Part shown: piece after piece, positions 63,317-64,000 of the stretch
Position numbering within the stretch: position 1 is the first letter of the stretch
Layout of the letters: each line of letters opens with the position of its first letter
Source of the DNA: an uncultured bacterium
Lineage (GTDB): Bacteria; Patescibacteriota; Saccharimonadia; UBA4664; SCTI01
Direction: 5' to 3'
Length of the DNA: 64,000 bases
NCBI GenBank assembly: GCA_963721685.1
Contig: CAVRJJ010000005.1
Location: 231,943-295,942, forward strand
Translations under genes and position numbers: made by a program
The notes under the pieces: generated by a model
Told to the model about the DNA's origin: nothing
Seen by the model: only the letters and a program-made list of their open reading frames with translations
Database searches by the model: none

Positions 63317-63952
63317 ATGGCTGGCTACGTAGAGAAAACCATATCAGCTTACGACCAGAGCCCTGATAAGTACCAAAACACCACGTGGGATATGCAGCTT
63401 CAGCCTGAGTTTGACCGTTTTATTGAGATGGTACGCGGTGCCGACACGTCTGTTCTAGATGCCGGCTGCGCCTATGGCCGGGATACCGCTGCTTTCAGCA
63501 AAGAAGGGCTTGACGCCACAGGCATCGATTTATCCGAGGAACTGCTTAAGAGGGCAACGGAGCTAAACTCGGGTCTTCGGTTTAAAAAAATGGATGTCAG
63601 AAAACTGGACTTTGATGATAGCAGTTTTGACGGTATATGGTGCTCTGCGGTTTTATTGCATCTTAAAGACATCGATATTAGCCAAGCTTTGCAGGAGTTT
63701 CGTCGGGTGCTCCGGAGCGGAGGAGCGCTTTTTGTAACTTTCAAGAAAGGTGAAGGCACGCGGCAGGTGCTTGAAACGTTCTCCAGCAATAATGAGCGTT
63801 TTTATAATTTTAAAACGATTGAATCGGCAACATCATTATTGCAAAACAACGGCTTCAAAGATGTGGATGCTTACTATATAAACGAACGCGAAGTGTTTGG
63901 ACCAGATAAAAGAAATCTTGATTGGGTGCACTGCTTTTCTGTTAAAGCATAG
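63317..63952 (+). CDS. class I SAM-dependent methyltransferase
   Basis: VLDAGCAYGRD motif I. The ORF is open from 63284; ATG 63317 was chosen to avoid overlap with purM. Confidence 0.7.
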   Translation: MAGYVEKTISAYDQSPDKYQNTTWDMQLQPEFDRFIEMVRGADTSVLDAGCAYGRDTAAFSKEGLDATGIDLSEELLKRATELNSGLRFKKMDVRKLDFDDSSFDGIWCSAVLLHLKDIDISQALQEFRRVLRSGGALFVTFKKGEGTRQVLETFSSNNERFYNFKTIESATSLLQNNGFKDVDAYYINEREVFGPDKRNLDWVHCFSVKA

Positions 63953-64000
63953 ACATTATGAATATCTTATTGTAAAGTAATACGCCTGGTGTGTTATTCT

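Overview
The window reads as a chromosomal segment from a reduced-genome bacterium, possibly CPR-like; that placement rests only on short housekeeping proteins, a DGR and type IV pilin, and is uncertain. The backbone is about 52-55% GC with a conserved core: a partial F-type ATP synthase operon (b, delta, alpha, gamma, beta, epsilon, with no a or c subunit adjacent), DsbA/DsbB, pdxS/pdxT, tilS-ftsH, murJ, lepA, a CIRCE-controlled hrcA-grpE-dnaK-dnaJ operon, a purN-purB-purK-purE-purC-purM cluster, and five tRNAs (three with CAU anticodons plus Lys-UUU). Accessory content falls into three groups.

- **DGR.** A complete diversity-generating retroelement lies at 6613-9157. The target gene ends in a 142-bp variable repeat (VR). 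The template repeat (TR) sits 502 bp downstream and differs from VR at 18 positions, every one an adenine in TR. The reverse transcriptase carries the DGR-type LGxxxSQ motif. An Avd-like four-helix-bundle gene is encoded divergently from the RT.
- **AT-rich islands.** A 4.6-kb island is inserted at the 3' end of tRNA-Lys and bounded by a 10-bp direct repeat of the tRNA end. It carries a 921-aa Upf1/DNA2-like SF1 helicase core that lacks any Walker A motif and is fused to a DUF559/Vsr-like nuclease, flanked by two unknown proteins; this is a candidate undescribed defence module. A second AT-rich island (4318-6344) encodes a two-domain terpenoid-synthase-like protein.
- **High-GC patches.** Several short patches of 60-65% GC hold unknown genes with good ribosome-binding sites, two of them next to tRNA genes.

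At least seven genes (alpha/beta hydrolase, terpene synthase-like, avd, dnaK, dnaJ, an ABC exporter, purN) are broken by single-nucleotide indels, mostly in homopolymers. That pattern fits systematic sequencing error better than pseudogenisation. No CRISPR array, rRNA or integrase was seen.
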